Source: Microthyrium microscopicum (Eukaryota). From it: a stretch of 64,000 bases of DNA. The translations under genes were made by a program, and so were the position numbers. The notes beneath the pieces are model-generated. The model worked only from the letters and a program-made list of their open reading frames with translations, was not told the DNA's origin and did not search any database. The stretch is taken from positions 1 through 64,000 of the forward strand of contig MU004241.1 in NCBI GenBank assembly GCA_010405405.1, written 5' to 3'. Of the stretch, positions 23,853 through 36,710 are shown piece after piece (the first letter of the stretch is position 1; every line of letters starts with the position of its first letter).

Positions 23853-25074
23853 CTGTCCAAGGAATGAGAACTCACATCGCTTCAGATAAATGGCAAGTGC
23901 AAGTTAGCTACAAATATGTTTCTGGACCCAAATCGGCTGGAAAATTGCAACTCGATTTGTCTATCAGTCAAACTTTATCTTGATCGAGCGAGTACAACTA
24001 ACGGCATGCCGACAGTCTTCTCTATCTCTGCAACAAGCTACCTATGGGATACGATCGCAAAGATGAGTAACCGTGCTTAGCATGGTGATATGTATGGAAA
24101 GTTAGCAGGGAACCATTAGTGATTCGTACTTCAATGAAGACCGTAGTAGCCCCATATTTACCAGACAATCTTCTCGATTTAGCCTTCTTGATCCAGCTTT
24201 CAAAACTTACGCTGGGGAAGGTCAGAGATTCATGACCAAAATAAGTTCTACCGGTCAGTATTAATACCATACAACTCCACCCTCTCAATCGCTAAGTTGA
24301 GTGATACAGGCATCTTCACTGTAAGTCATATCGCATGAGGAGTAGCAAAAACGATCAGGAGAAACGTCAGCGACGAATAAATCACTGTATCGTATAAGAA
24401 TCATTTTTGCGCTCTGCCAATCATGGTCCAGAGAATTCTAATGGCCCTGGCAGTGATATCCACTGTATGTCTCGAACTGACGGTGTAGGTTGTACCCCTA
24501 TCAACGCAAGCGAATAAACTATTCAAGCCTAGATGTGTGGCTACCTACCTACCTCTCAGAGCATTCGCCAGTTGAAGATGCTGAGTCGAAGTGAATAGGT
24601 ACAGCTTCTCAACTTGTGCAGAGATTGGAAGTCAGAGGTGGTCTCATTCCTTCAGCTCTCCTCGAATTGCTGTCTTACCTGAACGCCGCAGTTTGGTGGA
24701 TTCTAGCTGGTAAAATGTGCATACTTCTACAGTATTGATTCAAGCATCGACACAACTCATTGGCCATCAGCTTCGGGTTTGAACACTAGGGTGTCCGTTG
24801 TTTTCCGATCCTTCGATTGAGCGCGATTGATAGAGAGTCTAGATCTAAAAAGTAGAGAAGCTGATTTCAAAATTTTTGTGGTGGCGTTTGACTAGCGTTG
24901 ACCGCTCAGCCTTACCGCTCAGCCTTATCGCTTAAGCCCGAAACACCAGGTAAGTTTGGCATTCAGACATACCTACTCTTATTGATAGTTGAGTAGAGCT
25001 GTAGTCTTTCACGATATATGTCTTCTTGCCTTCTCTTGTGATCATCCATTTATCTATGAAAGAGTCAACCCAAT

Positions 25075-26706
25075 ATGCCTTCCTCATTAGATTCATCACC
25101 GTCCTCATCTCTTGACAACTTAGACAGTGGCATCAACGCTGCAAAATTAGAGTCAGCCAACCGCTTTGTCCGCTGGAACCTGTTATTCATCTTAATTATC
25201 TTCGTCTTTCTTTTGTTTCCAATATGGCTGCCTCTTATTCCCCACATCAACCAAGTAACCAACATCGCTATCATAATCATCATCGGCCTTTTCCAACTTA
25301 TTTGGCTTGTAGCAACCATCTGCGCCATTCGTCGAACACTGGCCATTAACAGTCGAATCAAGCTCAAGAACATAAAATCCCAGGATGTCGAATCAGCCGA
25401 AACCGCCGCCGAAAACTACTCGACCATTCGTCATATAGTTGCCATGACCTTGTATAAGGAACCCATGAGCGTACTGTAAACCACATTGGACTCTCTCGTG
25501 CAACAAAAAAATGCAAAGTCTTGCCTCTCTGTCATTATTGGCATGGAATGCCGCACACCTGACAAGGAAGCCAAACGTGATCAAGTTTACGCCGAATACA
25601 AAGGCAAATTTCTCCGTCTCATTGTCACTTTCCACCCTTCGGACATTCCGGGCGAAATTGGCGGCAAGTGCTCCAACATGAACTACGCCTGCCGCCAAGG
25701 TCTGAAGATTCTCCGTCAAGATGCAGACTACAACTATGAAAAATACGAACATGTCTTCACCAACTGCGACTGTGACGCCGTTTTCGATCCCGAATACATG
25801 CTGGAGCTGGAAGCCGAGTACTCAAAGTTGGAACACGCTGATCGCCACTCATCCATCTGGCAGTCCATTATCGTCTACAAGCGCGACTCCATGCCCTTCT
25901 TTGTTGACGTTACTGGTGTTTTGCGTACCTTTTTCTTTATGGGCGTTTTGATTCCCTGGAACATCAATCCCATGTCTCATTACTCTCTCAGCGTTAAGCT
26001 ATTGGAAGAAGGCGCTTTTACCCACCCAGCCTATCAGATGGAGGATATCATTGCCTTAATTCGTTATACCATCATGACACAACGAGAAATCCGCATCAGG
26101 CCTTTGAATCTCATTTCGATCAACGGTCCGACCTCTGGCGCCAATTATGCAGATGGAGTTCGAGAGTGGGCTCTTCAAATTCGCCGATGGACCATTGGCG
26201 CCGGCGAAGTCTTTCACTACTTTATCGTCAAGACTTACCGGATCCCTGGGCTCTATCTGTCCATCAGCTGGGCTAGTCGCTTCTTTATCTACTATGGCCT
26301 CGTTCTCTGTGCTAGCGCCATCTTTTCTGTGTTTTCCGCCATCATTGTTCAGCTCATTAATATTGTGGCTGCCGAACACGATCGACTTTTCATCAGCGAT
26401 TCTCTTTTTTCAACCATTTGCTTCATCTTTTTAGGAACGCAGTACGCGTTTCTGCTCATTGTTACTGTCCTTGTTCGCTGGATTCTACCTGTGCCTGGTA
26501 ATAGCAATCAAAATTACAACAAGGGTCTTCGAGGGGTTGCAAGAGGTCTGTGGCATTGGGTTTTAATGTTACCAACCATTACTGCCTACAGCTTTGTAGA
26601 GCTCTACTCCTTTTTGGAATTGGGGTTTAGAGGCAAGGATGTTTGTAAGCATAATGCTGCCAATAAGAATAACTTGATCCTTACAAGCAAAATGTCAATT
26701 GGATAG
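25075..26706 (+). pseudogene. Intronless membrane-bound processive GT2-like glycosyltransferase with a single in-frame stop
   Basis: ORFs 25075-25479 and 25486-26706 share a frame, separated only by TAA at 25477-25479. N- and C-terminal TM helices, HP.DIPGEIGGKCSN, DCD, MED, QIRRW (D,D,D,QxxRW-type signature). Confidence 0.75.
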
Positions 26707-26904
26707 TTTGGAATCTCCGCTAGTAGAAATATGAAGTGTAGATAAAAGTTGAATCAAAATGTCTCGCTTTCCAGTCATTTGCTTGGCCTAAGCACCGTCG
26801 AGCTGTACAAGGATGGTAGTGCATTTGCGATTGCTTGGGACATCTTGCTCTTAATAGCAGTACAAGTACTCCTCAAGATTAATATTAGATTGCCTCTGAT
26901 TGTA

Positions 26905-27681
26905 CTATACTCCAACGGTAGAGTGTTTTGCAACTATCGGAGTCAACCATTCCAGGTATCCCTTCAAATTACGTCGCAGGCTTGCAAGAAAATCCAACAC
27001 TATAGGCCGCGGATATTCAGCATAACGCATTGCAAAGTCCCGATCGTAGCCGCCTTCGAAAAGCGGCAGAAGAGGATTCCATATGAGATGTACTCCACGT
27101 AGCTCGGAGAAAGGTCCAAGATTCCAGTGAATTACATGCATCGTTTTGACTTTATGTTGACTATCAATGCAGTCAAAACGCATGATTCTCCTGACTCCTC
27201 TCTTCATGAGATGAAACTGTCGCAGAGTAATGTGGCGAAGTTGATAAGGCTCCATGGCAAGAAAAGTAGCAATTCTTCGAGTCCATGGGATCCAACGACC
27301 TTCGGGCTCGATGAGGTAAAATTCGATTTCCATCTTCCGCACAAGACGAAATGTTCGAGGCAAGTCTTTTTCGTTGTAGATTTTATCATTCCAAAGATAA
27401 AGTGTGCAACCCCATATCTTCAAATGAAACGTTGCCGATCCATACCATATACCTATGGCTTCGTTATAAACGGTGCGGTTCACTCGAAGTATAGCAGGAT
27501 AGCTAGGCTGCCCATCCGTTCGAAGTTTGGGAATTGAAGATAACTGGTGAAGCTGGCTAGGTACAGCAGAGTTGGGAATGAGGTGTCCATAGACCTCGAG
27601 CCGAATCTCAATGGGTAAGTGTAGAAACGATCGAAGTGGTTGTGATTCTTCAGCATTCCGAGCTTCTTGGCCATCTCTCAT
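26905..27681 (-). CDS. F-box-like domain hypothetical protein
   Basis: SFLHLPIEIRLEVYGHLI followed by PAILRVNRTVYNEA..IWY, a pattern typical of fungal F-box-like N-termini. Confidence 0.65.
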   Translation of the reverse strand: MRDGQEARNAEESQPLRSFLHLPIEIRLEVYGHLIPNSAVPSQLHQLSSIPKLRTDGQPSYPAILRVNRTVYNEAIGIWYGSATFHLKIWGCTLYLWNDKIYNEKDLPRTFRLVRKMEIEFYLIEPEGRWIPWTRRIATFLAMEPYQLRHITLRQFHLMKRGVRRIMRFDCIDSQHKVKTMHVIHWNLGPFSELRGVHLIWNPLLPLFEGGYDRDFAMRYAEYPRPIVLDFLASLRRNLKGYLEWLTPIVAKHSTVGV

Positions 27682-28514
27682 TGTAGACTAGATGGAAATT
27701 TCAGTCCGTGTGCTTCTTGCGCTGTGAGCTTCTCGGACGATTGCCATCTGGTAATGCTGACAACTTGTGGTCTATTCTATGGCCATAATGATAGAATAGA
27801 CTAGCTGCCTGTAAAATGTAGCCTGGGGCCACTACTAGCAGCAAAGGCGCGATGAAAAGATTCAAAATAAGAAGGGGAGAGGTGAGGTGAGTGATAAGGT
27901 AGCGCGAAATCGATGAGAATAGAGGATAAATGGAATGGTGGGGCTGCCCCCGTGTTTATGGACGATTTTCTTGAACCCCGATTACGATGACAAAGAAAGT
28001 ACTACCTACTTTAGGTCATTGCTAGTAGATTATTGGTAGTTAATACGGTAGAACGTCAAGACCTAACTCTAGGTATAACTAAGCCGCTTGGTTCTTTAGA
28101 GATGAAGTCAATCACGTACTCCTTTCTACCAATTAACAGCATTGTTTTGCTCTACCTACATAAAGTATCTTCATGCTTAAGTACCAGCATCTAAGTCGGC
28201 CCCTTTGCACCATTGTCACTTACCTTATGCCATCCTTCTAGTGATATCCCGAGCGCTGACCTTGTTCTAAGATTCATCTTCGCCGCCAACAAACAGAATC
28301 TAGACCGTTAACGACGGAACATAGTCCATAAGCGCACTAGCAGGTGAGGAGGAATGAGTCGTACCGCGCAACAAATGCACCTAGACAGATAGTAGGGAAT
28401 GTATTGATATGGTAATGAATGTGTTGATATAGTAATGAATGTTCAGTGTGAGCGTCCCTATTCCACCTTCCTTATGGTCATGATTATCAACCAATCCTGC
28501 TAATCAAAACAATA

Positions 28515-29876
28515 CTAGCAATCAGGAAGATCTCCAAGTTCCATCATTAGTGATGCTTCTGTTTTTAGATAACTTGACACTTCTCCAAGAGTATAGATTT
28601 TGACAACGCCCCTGCACTTCATATCACCTGGATGATCAGTTGCAAGAAACAGTCCCGGACGTCCATTTCGAGTCCCCAGTAACTTAAACCAGGTATCTCC
28701 ATCAGCGGGTGTCCAAGTCGCAATCTGATCGAAAGGGATATTTTTAGACTGGTGTGCTTCCTGTATCATCTTTACACTTCCTGCTTGGGCAATTGGGTGT
28801 CTCCAAAGGTATTGCAGTTTGCTGATATCTTCTTTTCCCCATAGTTGATATATCAATTCGGAGTTGGGCAATTTGTTTGTCCCTGGGACGTCCAGATCGT
28901 TTTTCTTACTATCCGAAAATGTTACCAGAGAGATCTTTTCGGTTTTGGATTGGAAAAGCGTGATTGTTGAGGCCTTCTCTGTGTCCACAGTGCCATCAAT
29001 CTGAGGTTTGCCTTTGGAAGTGAGCGACAAAAACTGCCAATCTTGGGCATTCATATCGAGATTGAAATGATCTGCCATGGTTTTGGTGTATAAAACATGT
29101 GCCATAGTATCCAGTGGATCCTCTGACCTATGTATCTCCTCTGGATCATCCACATTAGGCCCTCGATTCTCCTGTCTCAACCTGTATCGGTCTGTCCAAG
29201 ATTTATAGACGACGTCTGAAGCAGAATTACTGGAGCCCTTGACGTGTGCGTCCAGCATTTTCTGATAGAACTCTTTCCCTTTGCTGAGATATTCAGGGGT
29301 TGGTAGAATTTCGTTGATTCCAGGATTTTCGTCAACCTCGGGATTGTCGTCAAGCTCAATATCATCCTCTAATCTAATGTTAGGAAGTGATCCATCTGAG
29401 CTGGCCACTAAACCATCCGATGGGACCGAGGGAGCTATCTCGGGAGGAGGTTCAAAGGCGCTCGACTCTCCACTCCCAGTTTGTGCCCCATATCCATCTT
29501 GAGCACCTTCTTCGCCCTGCGCTCCATCTCCTCCCTTTGGTCCACTGCTTGGACCTTCTCCGCCTTTTGGTCCTTTGGGGCTTTCTGGGGCATCTGCTCT
29601 GGGTAGCAGCAATGGGATAGGTACTCCATATCTTCCATGTCTAACACAATCTGCGGCTTCGTATTTACAATTTTCGTCTACGTCGTGATCTATGAGGCAC
29701 TGTATCAGCGTTGTTATACCCTTGATCGTGAAAACGCATCACTTACCTTGGTCGAAACAAGTAGCATTAAAGGCATCCCTTTTCAGAACGCAATTAACCT
29801 CCAAAGGCGCCGAGTTGATGAAAACCTTTCCACCTAAGAAGGCCCCGAGACAGAGAATAGAACTTGAAATCCTCAT
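28515..29876 (-). CDS. Secreted uncharacterised protein, 2 exons (29876-29747, 29689-28515)
   Basis: Signal-peptide-like MRISSSILCLGAFLG..., KR site, 57-bp intron restores frame, G/E/P-rich linker, C-terminal domain with WFKLLGTRNG...TDHP (resembles the LLGTPNG motif of a common fungal secreted family). Confidence 0.75.
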
Positions 29877-31045
29877 TGTCCAAGGTTGATTGGGGTCTCT
29901 TTTATGTTTTAGCGATTTGATAGCCAAGTAACAGGAAAAGCTCGAAGTACTTAGATATAATCGTGAAGTCGCTTGAGTGCTTGAATAGTTTTTATCCCGC
30001 AAAGAAACGTGAGAGAAATGCCAGCTTTTATAATCTTCAGCCCTTTTCTCATGATCCTTGCCCAAAGGCAAGTTGGTTGCAATCAAATGCTCCTATTGAA
30101 GTCAGTACGGCCTGCAATATGCCTTGTCTCCAGTCCTCGGATGGTATACTGACAAACGGAAACCAACATAAACATTTGGGGACGGGCGTTAAGCACACAA
30201 TGTTCATGGTGCAAAACTGACATGTTGGCCCGGCGCGTATTCAACAAGAGTAACATGTTCCAGTTATTCCTAGAGAGTTGGTATCTGTTCAGACGCTGGT
30301 GTTGGTGGATGATTAGGACCTGGAGTAGGATCTAGACAATGTGCTTGAAAATCACTGAGCGCTGCCCATCTCAGGATCAGGATATATGCCAGAAATAGAG
30401 CTTCAGTCAGGCGAGAGCGAAAATCAGCCGTGAGATGGCCATCCAGGGATTCAGATGTTGGTACAAAGTCTGACTTCGCGAACTGAAAGCTTGCTGTTGG
30501 TTTGCGCCGCAAGTCAGTTTTTGGCGTAGCATACCCTGCCACACGTACTCTCGGTGTTGGTTAGAGTATTATTGTACCACAGAGCAGTTTCTCAAGCACT
30601 ATCATTGGCACGTCCAGTTGGCTTTTCGACAATATGCTCTGACATGAACAACATACGCGCCAACAATGGTACTTCGCATGAAAAACACAAGCCCAAAATC
30701 CTGAGAAAATGGCTCCTAGATAATGAAGTTGGCGCGTATTGCGTCCGTATTCCAATCTCAGTATCAGCGGCTTGGTAAAATTGTCAGGTCCTGTTGGAGG
30801 TTCCTCTGGTAAGTAATTGTTGAACCTACGTTGAAAGTTCGTCACAACATCAGTGAGCCTTGCTGTCGAGAGGGTTTCAGCATGAGTATAAATGATCAGC
30901 TTCGTCTCTTCAGCTGCAATTGTACAAGTTTCAGCTCTTCTCCTTCAATCAAATCAAATCGACTCTCTTCAACATTCTACGCGTCGGCGGAACAGCTATT
31001 GAATCTTATATTGGCCATTGTTGTTGGATTCCACCATCTGTCACC

Positions 31046-32200
31046 ATGGCATCAGCCGCATTCAGCGTTATTACTACTGGTATCTCCATGTATCCCATGT
31101 TCAAGGCGATGACAGAGCCCAACAAAGCGGAGGCCACGTTGGTCAAAATCACCCTTGGATCTACAGGCTTGAACCGGGACCCTGGATCCATGGGCGGGAA
31201 TATACCGCATGTTTCCGTATACGCCGATGATGGTGTTCTTATAGGACGCGCGAAAGGCAACAGTAAGAAGAATTGGACACCTGGATCAACATATCCAGTT
31301 TCTATTAACCCCGAACATGGCCAACAAGGAAAACAGGCCACATACGTTACTGTAGCTGCCGCAGGGAACGATGCAATCTGCATATCGGGAATCTCTGTTG
31401 CCTGGCCTGATGGCTCGGATCCTAGAGGGTGGCTAGGTGATATGGGCCAAAATTGCACTGATGTGGGCTTATCGGCGGCAGAAAGTCCGTACTGGGCCAA
31501 CTCCAACACTCAAACTGGCTCAGATCCATCACACAAGTCGAAATGCATTTGGCTTGATGGTGACAAAACCGGTGGTATAGCCACTCAAGCCATTGGACTT
31601 CACATTACGGACTTTGGTCGTACTGACGGAGCTACTGACGCAAATGGAGAACCTCTACGAAATGCGGTAGCAAAACAATGGACTGGGAACAGAGACCTAT
31701 TCTGCAAAGCCAAAGCTAGAATGGGCTTTTACGACACCTTCTTCGCTGATAGCTTTCCCCTTGTTTATCAGCCACCGTTAGAGTTCAACGACAATGGAAC
31801 TGACAAAGACGTGGGCATGGTACTACATCATTACACAAATATCGATCCCGAACTACTCACGCCAGCTCGCAAGCGACGAAATGCGGCACTTCCGTCCTTC
31901 AACGTTACGAGCTCTTCACACCGAAATCTGGTTCACAGCCATCATGCAGGGCATAGTGCTGTGGAACTTTGTCTTAGCAAAACATCAGTCAGTCCGGATT
32001 TTGTTTCCCATGCGGAAGGTAAATTTTGCGATATGGCAACCAAAATTATTTGGCCCTTGTGCCTGGGACAGACTGTCGTGGGGTGTTTCAACGCGACTTC
32101 CAACCAACTGATCCCGGACGCAACTAGGCTTAACAAAAGGGAATTGGAGCAGGTAAACGCTTCGGCAGATGACATGTATTCTCATATTCTGCATTGGTGA
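31046..32200 (+). CDS. Cys-containing fungal uncharacterised protein, probably extracellular
   Basis: Long ORF with GGNIPHV, DAICISGI, WLGDMGQNC, CIWLDGD, SAVELCLSKTSVSPDFVSHAEGKFCDM, plus KR dibasic sites. Start codon uncertain. Confidence 0.75.
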   Translation: MASAAFSVITTGISMYPMFKAMTEPNKAEATLVKITLGSTGLNRDPGSMGGNIPHVSVYADDGVLIGRAKGNSKKNWTPGSTYPVSINPEHGQQGKQATYVTVAAAGNDAICISGISVAWPDGSDPRGWLGDMGQNCTDVGLSAAESPYWANSNTQTGSDPSHKSKCIWLDGDKTGGIATQAIGLHITDFGRTDGATDANGEPLRNAVAKQWTGNRDLFCKAKARMGFYDTFFADSFPLVYQPPLEFNDNGTDKDVGMVLHHYTNIDPELLTPARKRRNAALPSFNVTSSSHRNLVHSHHAGHSAVELCLSKTSVSPDFVSHAEGKFCDMATKIIWPLCLGQTVVGCFNATSNQLIPDATRLNKRELEQVNASADDMYSHILHW

Positions 32201-32532
32201 TATTGACTACATCGTTGAAGTGGGAGCTGTGCGCTAGAGTAGCATCTGTTCGTCATTGGGAGGTTTAATGGGTCTCTAGCCAAAGGTTGTATCTTCTTTC
32301 GAATCCGAAAATACCCTGTAGGCTATAGTCCTTTGCATTTGAATAGTATTCCATCTTTATTTTCTCGTAGGTATAGTCGGGAAAACCATTGCTTCCTAAC
32401 CATGAATAAAGATATTTAATGTAGCCTGCACGGACGAGGAAGGTGAACAAAAGGATTATCTAGAGGGTTAAGATATTGTTTTAGAGTTTGCTAACTGTTG
32501 GAAAACAGGTAAATGCGATATTATCCAGAATT

Positions 32533-33399
32533 TCATTCCTTTACCCAGCATCCTGCATACCCAACCTCAACCTTTGTTGGTATCGATCCATCTTTGTATG
32601 CTGAGTCGGCCAGGTATTGAGCGCAATGATTTGTGTGATATGGATCGGTGATAACCGTGTCAAAAGCAGTCCGTTCTTCAAACAAAACAAGGAATTGTTT
32701 CTTCCACATCACTGCGCAGTGATTGATATGATCCCGGAGTGAAGTCCAGTAATAATTGAGCTCCAGCATTTGATCCACGGAAGTCAATCTTTGCGTCAGA
32801 TTCCTGTCTGCAAATGCCTCCCAACTGTGATCTTCTTGGTAATCTTTGATGAACTTCTCGTCGTAGCAGATAGCGGGTACCCAGTTGTTTAATAGTATAT
32901 CGTATTTGCAGCCTTCTCTTCTTGCTTCTTCCACTGTTCCATCACCACATGTCAATTTCCTGGCGTTTGTAGTGACATTGTGGGACGAATCCGAGGTGAA
33001 TGGCTTTTTCGAGGCGTGATTCATGTGCATATGATGATGAGGCTCTCCTACACTGACGGACTTTTCTGGTGTCGAGGTGGGGAAGGAGGTAATGTTGGGA
33101 CGGATATCCGCCACGATTGGCGCCTTTGCTGGAGCAGGTGTAGATGCAGATGAAGGTGCAGAATGCGATGTGGCAATAAAAAGTATTATCATCCAGCCTA
33201 ACGAAGTTACGGCGAAGACTAGGGCGTGAGAAATTAGTCTTGAGCGTCGACCTTCTGCTTGGCGAATGTGACGATTCGGTAAATCGATAGACGATGCATT
33301 GGAATAATCCAAAAATGGCTGCTGCTCGGTATCTTTACTCTCCAAAGACATGGCGAATCGAAGTGGTGACCGGGGATGAACTTGGCTTCGACTTGGCAA
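32533..33399 (-). CDS. UstYa/DUF3328-like membrane-anchored oxidase
   Basis: One N-terminal TM helix, CG..VEEARREGCKYDILLNNWVPAICYD, two HxxHC motifs (HINHC, HTNHC). Confidence 0.75.
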   Translation of the reverse strand: MPSRSQVHPRSPLRFAMSLESKDTEQQPFLDYSNASSIDLPNRHIRQAEGRRSRLISHALVFAVTSLGWMIILFIATSHSAPSSASTPAPAKAPIVADIRPNITSFPTSTPEKSVSVGEPHHHMHMNHASKKPFTSDSSHNVTTNARKLTCGDGTVEEARREGCKYDILLNNWVPAICYDEKFIKDYQEDHSWEAFADRNLTQRLTSVDQMLELNYYWTSLRDHINHCAVMWKKQFLVLFEERTAFDTVITDPYHTNHCAQYLADSAYKDGSIPTKVEVGYAGCWVKE

Positions 33400-35049
33400 T
33401 GCTTAAAGTCAATAGAATTTCATCGACTCTTATGAAAATATTGGGGCCGGAAAGCTTAAGGAGTCTTGTCATATAGTCCAAGTATCTTGGAAGATTGGTT
33501 TCATATATCATCTACATGGATCATAATGCGTCGTCATTACTCTTTTGACATCTTCTCAGCCACTAAATCATTTCCATTGCGATCAATTAGCCATAACCTA
33601 GTAGTTTTGGGACCAACGAAAAGCCTTCGTGCTCTTTTTGTATCTTCATATTACTTTTTGATACAAGCGGAACAATGAATAGCATTAGGTCGAGAAATCC
33701 ATATGCTGGCAGACCAGTGGTGTCGGAAAAGTCGGCAGTCTCTTTCAAGTAAGATTTAGGGCGAAAGCAACATGCTATCCGGATATAAAGCTAGCTTCAT
33801 CACTAATTTGAATTATATGTTTAAGTTTGGTACCCTGCGAACCTATCAAGTCTCGCTGAAGCCCCAAAAGTTCCTGGAATAGCATCCAAGGATTGGGCTT
33901 TGAACTCATTCTTTGTATTCTAGTAATTTCTAAGCGAATCGCAGCCCGTGATGTGAAAACTCACATTGACTTAATCAAATGCACTACGGAAGGGTCCAAA
34001 TAAACCATAATAATCTGGAGTTTGGTCTATCCCTTCCTCTTCTGTCACTGATTTCAAGGTTTATGGTCATTGTATATTGTTAGAACCGGGTATGTGGAAA
34101 TTTAAATAACAAGTTCCGTTTTCACGAGATTCAAATCACTCCTTCTTACCTGATGGCAGAGCCATGATCTTTTTCAATGTATCAATTTCAAAGAGCCCTT
34201 GTGCTAGCTTTCATCTGCAACTAAATATTCTCTGTTCTGTGTTCGACAAGCACCATTCGAAAAAAAGCGGACTCATGGATACTACAGCATGTACGTAAAG
34301 TTTGATATAACGGGTAGGCAGCTTAAGATGTCATTTTGGGTGTAATAACAAAATGGAAAGTTCAGTCTGCGAATTTAGCCCGCAGTGACTGCAAATCTTC
34401 TTTTGCTCATTCATGCTCGGCCTTATTCATCATTCCACTAGATACTCTCAATAACTGATTGTCCATGAGTTCATTTCTTGCTCACCTTAAGCACGAACAT
34501 TGCAAATCAGCTGTACAGAGCAAAAACTCTTAATTAGGACTTCGCAGCAGGCTCATATAACGGCGCATTACCGCCAACCCCGCTCAAGATAAGAACTTCT
34601 AAACTTCTAAACTTCTAAACACGTTACTATATTACTATATTAGCGACGTTACCCTATTACTATATTACTATATTACTCTTTAATCTTTAGAGCTCTAGGT
34701 TATTAATTATAAATAATTATAATTCTATCTTACTACTTAGAAGTTATTATATTTATATTAGGATATATCTTTCTAATAAGTTAATATAATTATATATATA
34801 TTATATAATAATTAGTAGGAAGTATAAAGTATAAAGTATATAAATAATTACTAAACGTAAGTTTATATTACTATCTAATAAATAGGTATATATATATATA
34901 TCTACCTAAACTAATTAAGTATCTATCTCTTTCTTAGAGTTATTCCTTATACTTTTTACTTTATTATCTTATCTATAATAAAATACTAGGCCTTACTCCT
35001 ATTAATTTAGAGTTCTATTAAGATAAGATTAAAAATCTTATTATAAAAT

Positions 35050-36710
35050 AGTTTTTTACTTATTTAAAAGTTATATATTAGCTAAAAGAAAACTATAATA
35101 TTAATATTACGCTAAGTATACTACATTAGAGGATTAAGTAATAAAAGATCTAACGCTTTATAACTTCTTTATTAGAGTACTATAAAAAGCTTAAGAAAAT
35201 AATAAAATTCTTATTTTATAATAAGAATAGTAATAAAGATAAAATACTCTTTACTCTTTAAACTATAGAATATTTAATAACTATATAAACTTTTTAGCAT
35301 TATTAGTAAAAGCTTAGTCTTAAACGCTACTATAAGTTTACGTTAGATAAAGATTTTATAATAGCTTACTACTAAGATAAAGTAATAGTTCTAGCTAAGC
35401 TTTATAGAGCTTATTTATTAGTATCATTATATAGCTATTAAGCTCTAGCTACTAGACTTTATAAATATAAATACTTAATTCTAGAGGCTTAGATTAATTA
35501 AATTTAATAAGATTTAGATCCTATTAATATATAAGCTTACTAGAGATAAAAATATTAAAAACGTAGCAAATATAGGACTAAAGGCCTAAACTATATCTAG
35601 TTAATTAATAGGTATAATAAACTTAAAAAAGTAGGAATTAAAATTTATAGCTATATTAACGTCTATTTATAAAATATAATCTAGTATTATATTAGTATAT
35701 TAAATACTATAAGTATAAGTTATTTATATTAGTACTTAGATTAGTTAACTATTAATTTTATAATTTCTTAGTTTATTTACTTAGATTAAGAAGGCAAAAT
35801 TATAATACTTATTAACGCTTATTATAAGTTTATAAAGGCTCTAGAGTATAGAATTTCTTTCTTAGATTATTATTTATATAAAACTAGTATTATAAATTAA
35901 AGGATTAAGCGCTAGTAAGGAAGCCTTAGTAAATTAGTATTAACTAAATAGTAAGTAAGTTATATAACTACGTATACTTAAGAGTTAGTACTAATATAAT
36001 AACTTACTAGATATTCTTTAATAAGCTAGTTAATAAGGGTTTTTATTTAAAAGATAAACTTAAAGACTAAATTATAATACTAGCTATTTACCTTTCTATC
36101 TTATAGTATATAGTAAAGGAATTTATTAATAACTAGAATAACTATAAGATTATTAATAATAAGAAAAAGTAACTATACGTAGTAAATAGTAAACCTTAGT
36201 ATCTATATACTTTTCTTTAAAGAGCATAAAATATAGGCTTAGTTACTAATTTAGTAGTACTTTAGGCTAAGAAAGTAATAGTAGAAAACTAGGATAAGGA
36301 CGCTTTTTTACTACTTAATATACTTTAATAGTATAATAAAAAGCTAGATATAATAAAATTTAATTTTAATAGTAACTCCTTTAAAATAAAAGAAAATTAG
36401 TATAATCTAATAAACTTATATCTTAGTTACTATCTTTACTTATAAAGAGTAATTAGTTACTATATAGTATTAAGTAATGCCCTAATTCTAGCTACTCTTA
36501 AAAATCCTTAAGGTAATAAAGCTTAGATTAGAGATTACCTAAACTACCTTATAGTTTAGGAGATATAGAAGGCTATAAATAAAGATAATAAAGATAGTAA
36601 TATTATAGAGTTCTAGGCTACTATAGAATATATAGGACTTAGCTATCTTAATAATAATTAATTAGAGGATAATTTTAATATTAATTTAGCTAAAGAAGAG
36701 AAAATTTAAG
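35050..36710 (+). pseudogene. RIP-mutated IS3/IS481-type (integrase-core) DDE transposase
   Basis: From 35583 it translates GLNYI*LINRYNKLKKVGIKIYSYINVYL*NII*; reversing transitions gives GPNYIWSIDGHDKL..GI.IYG.IDAYSR.IIW. Later YLD*EGK (RSDRGGE) and SIIN*RIKR** (ST.NQRIERWW, ~35887-35918). Boundaries approximate. Confidence 0.8.

Noticed and set aside
24902..24938. Short 13-bp tandem repeat (ccgctcagcctta); also a 20-bp duplication at ~28398-28443
   Set aside because: Ordinary slippage repeats with no supporting context.
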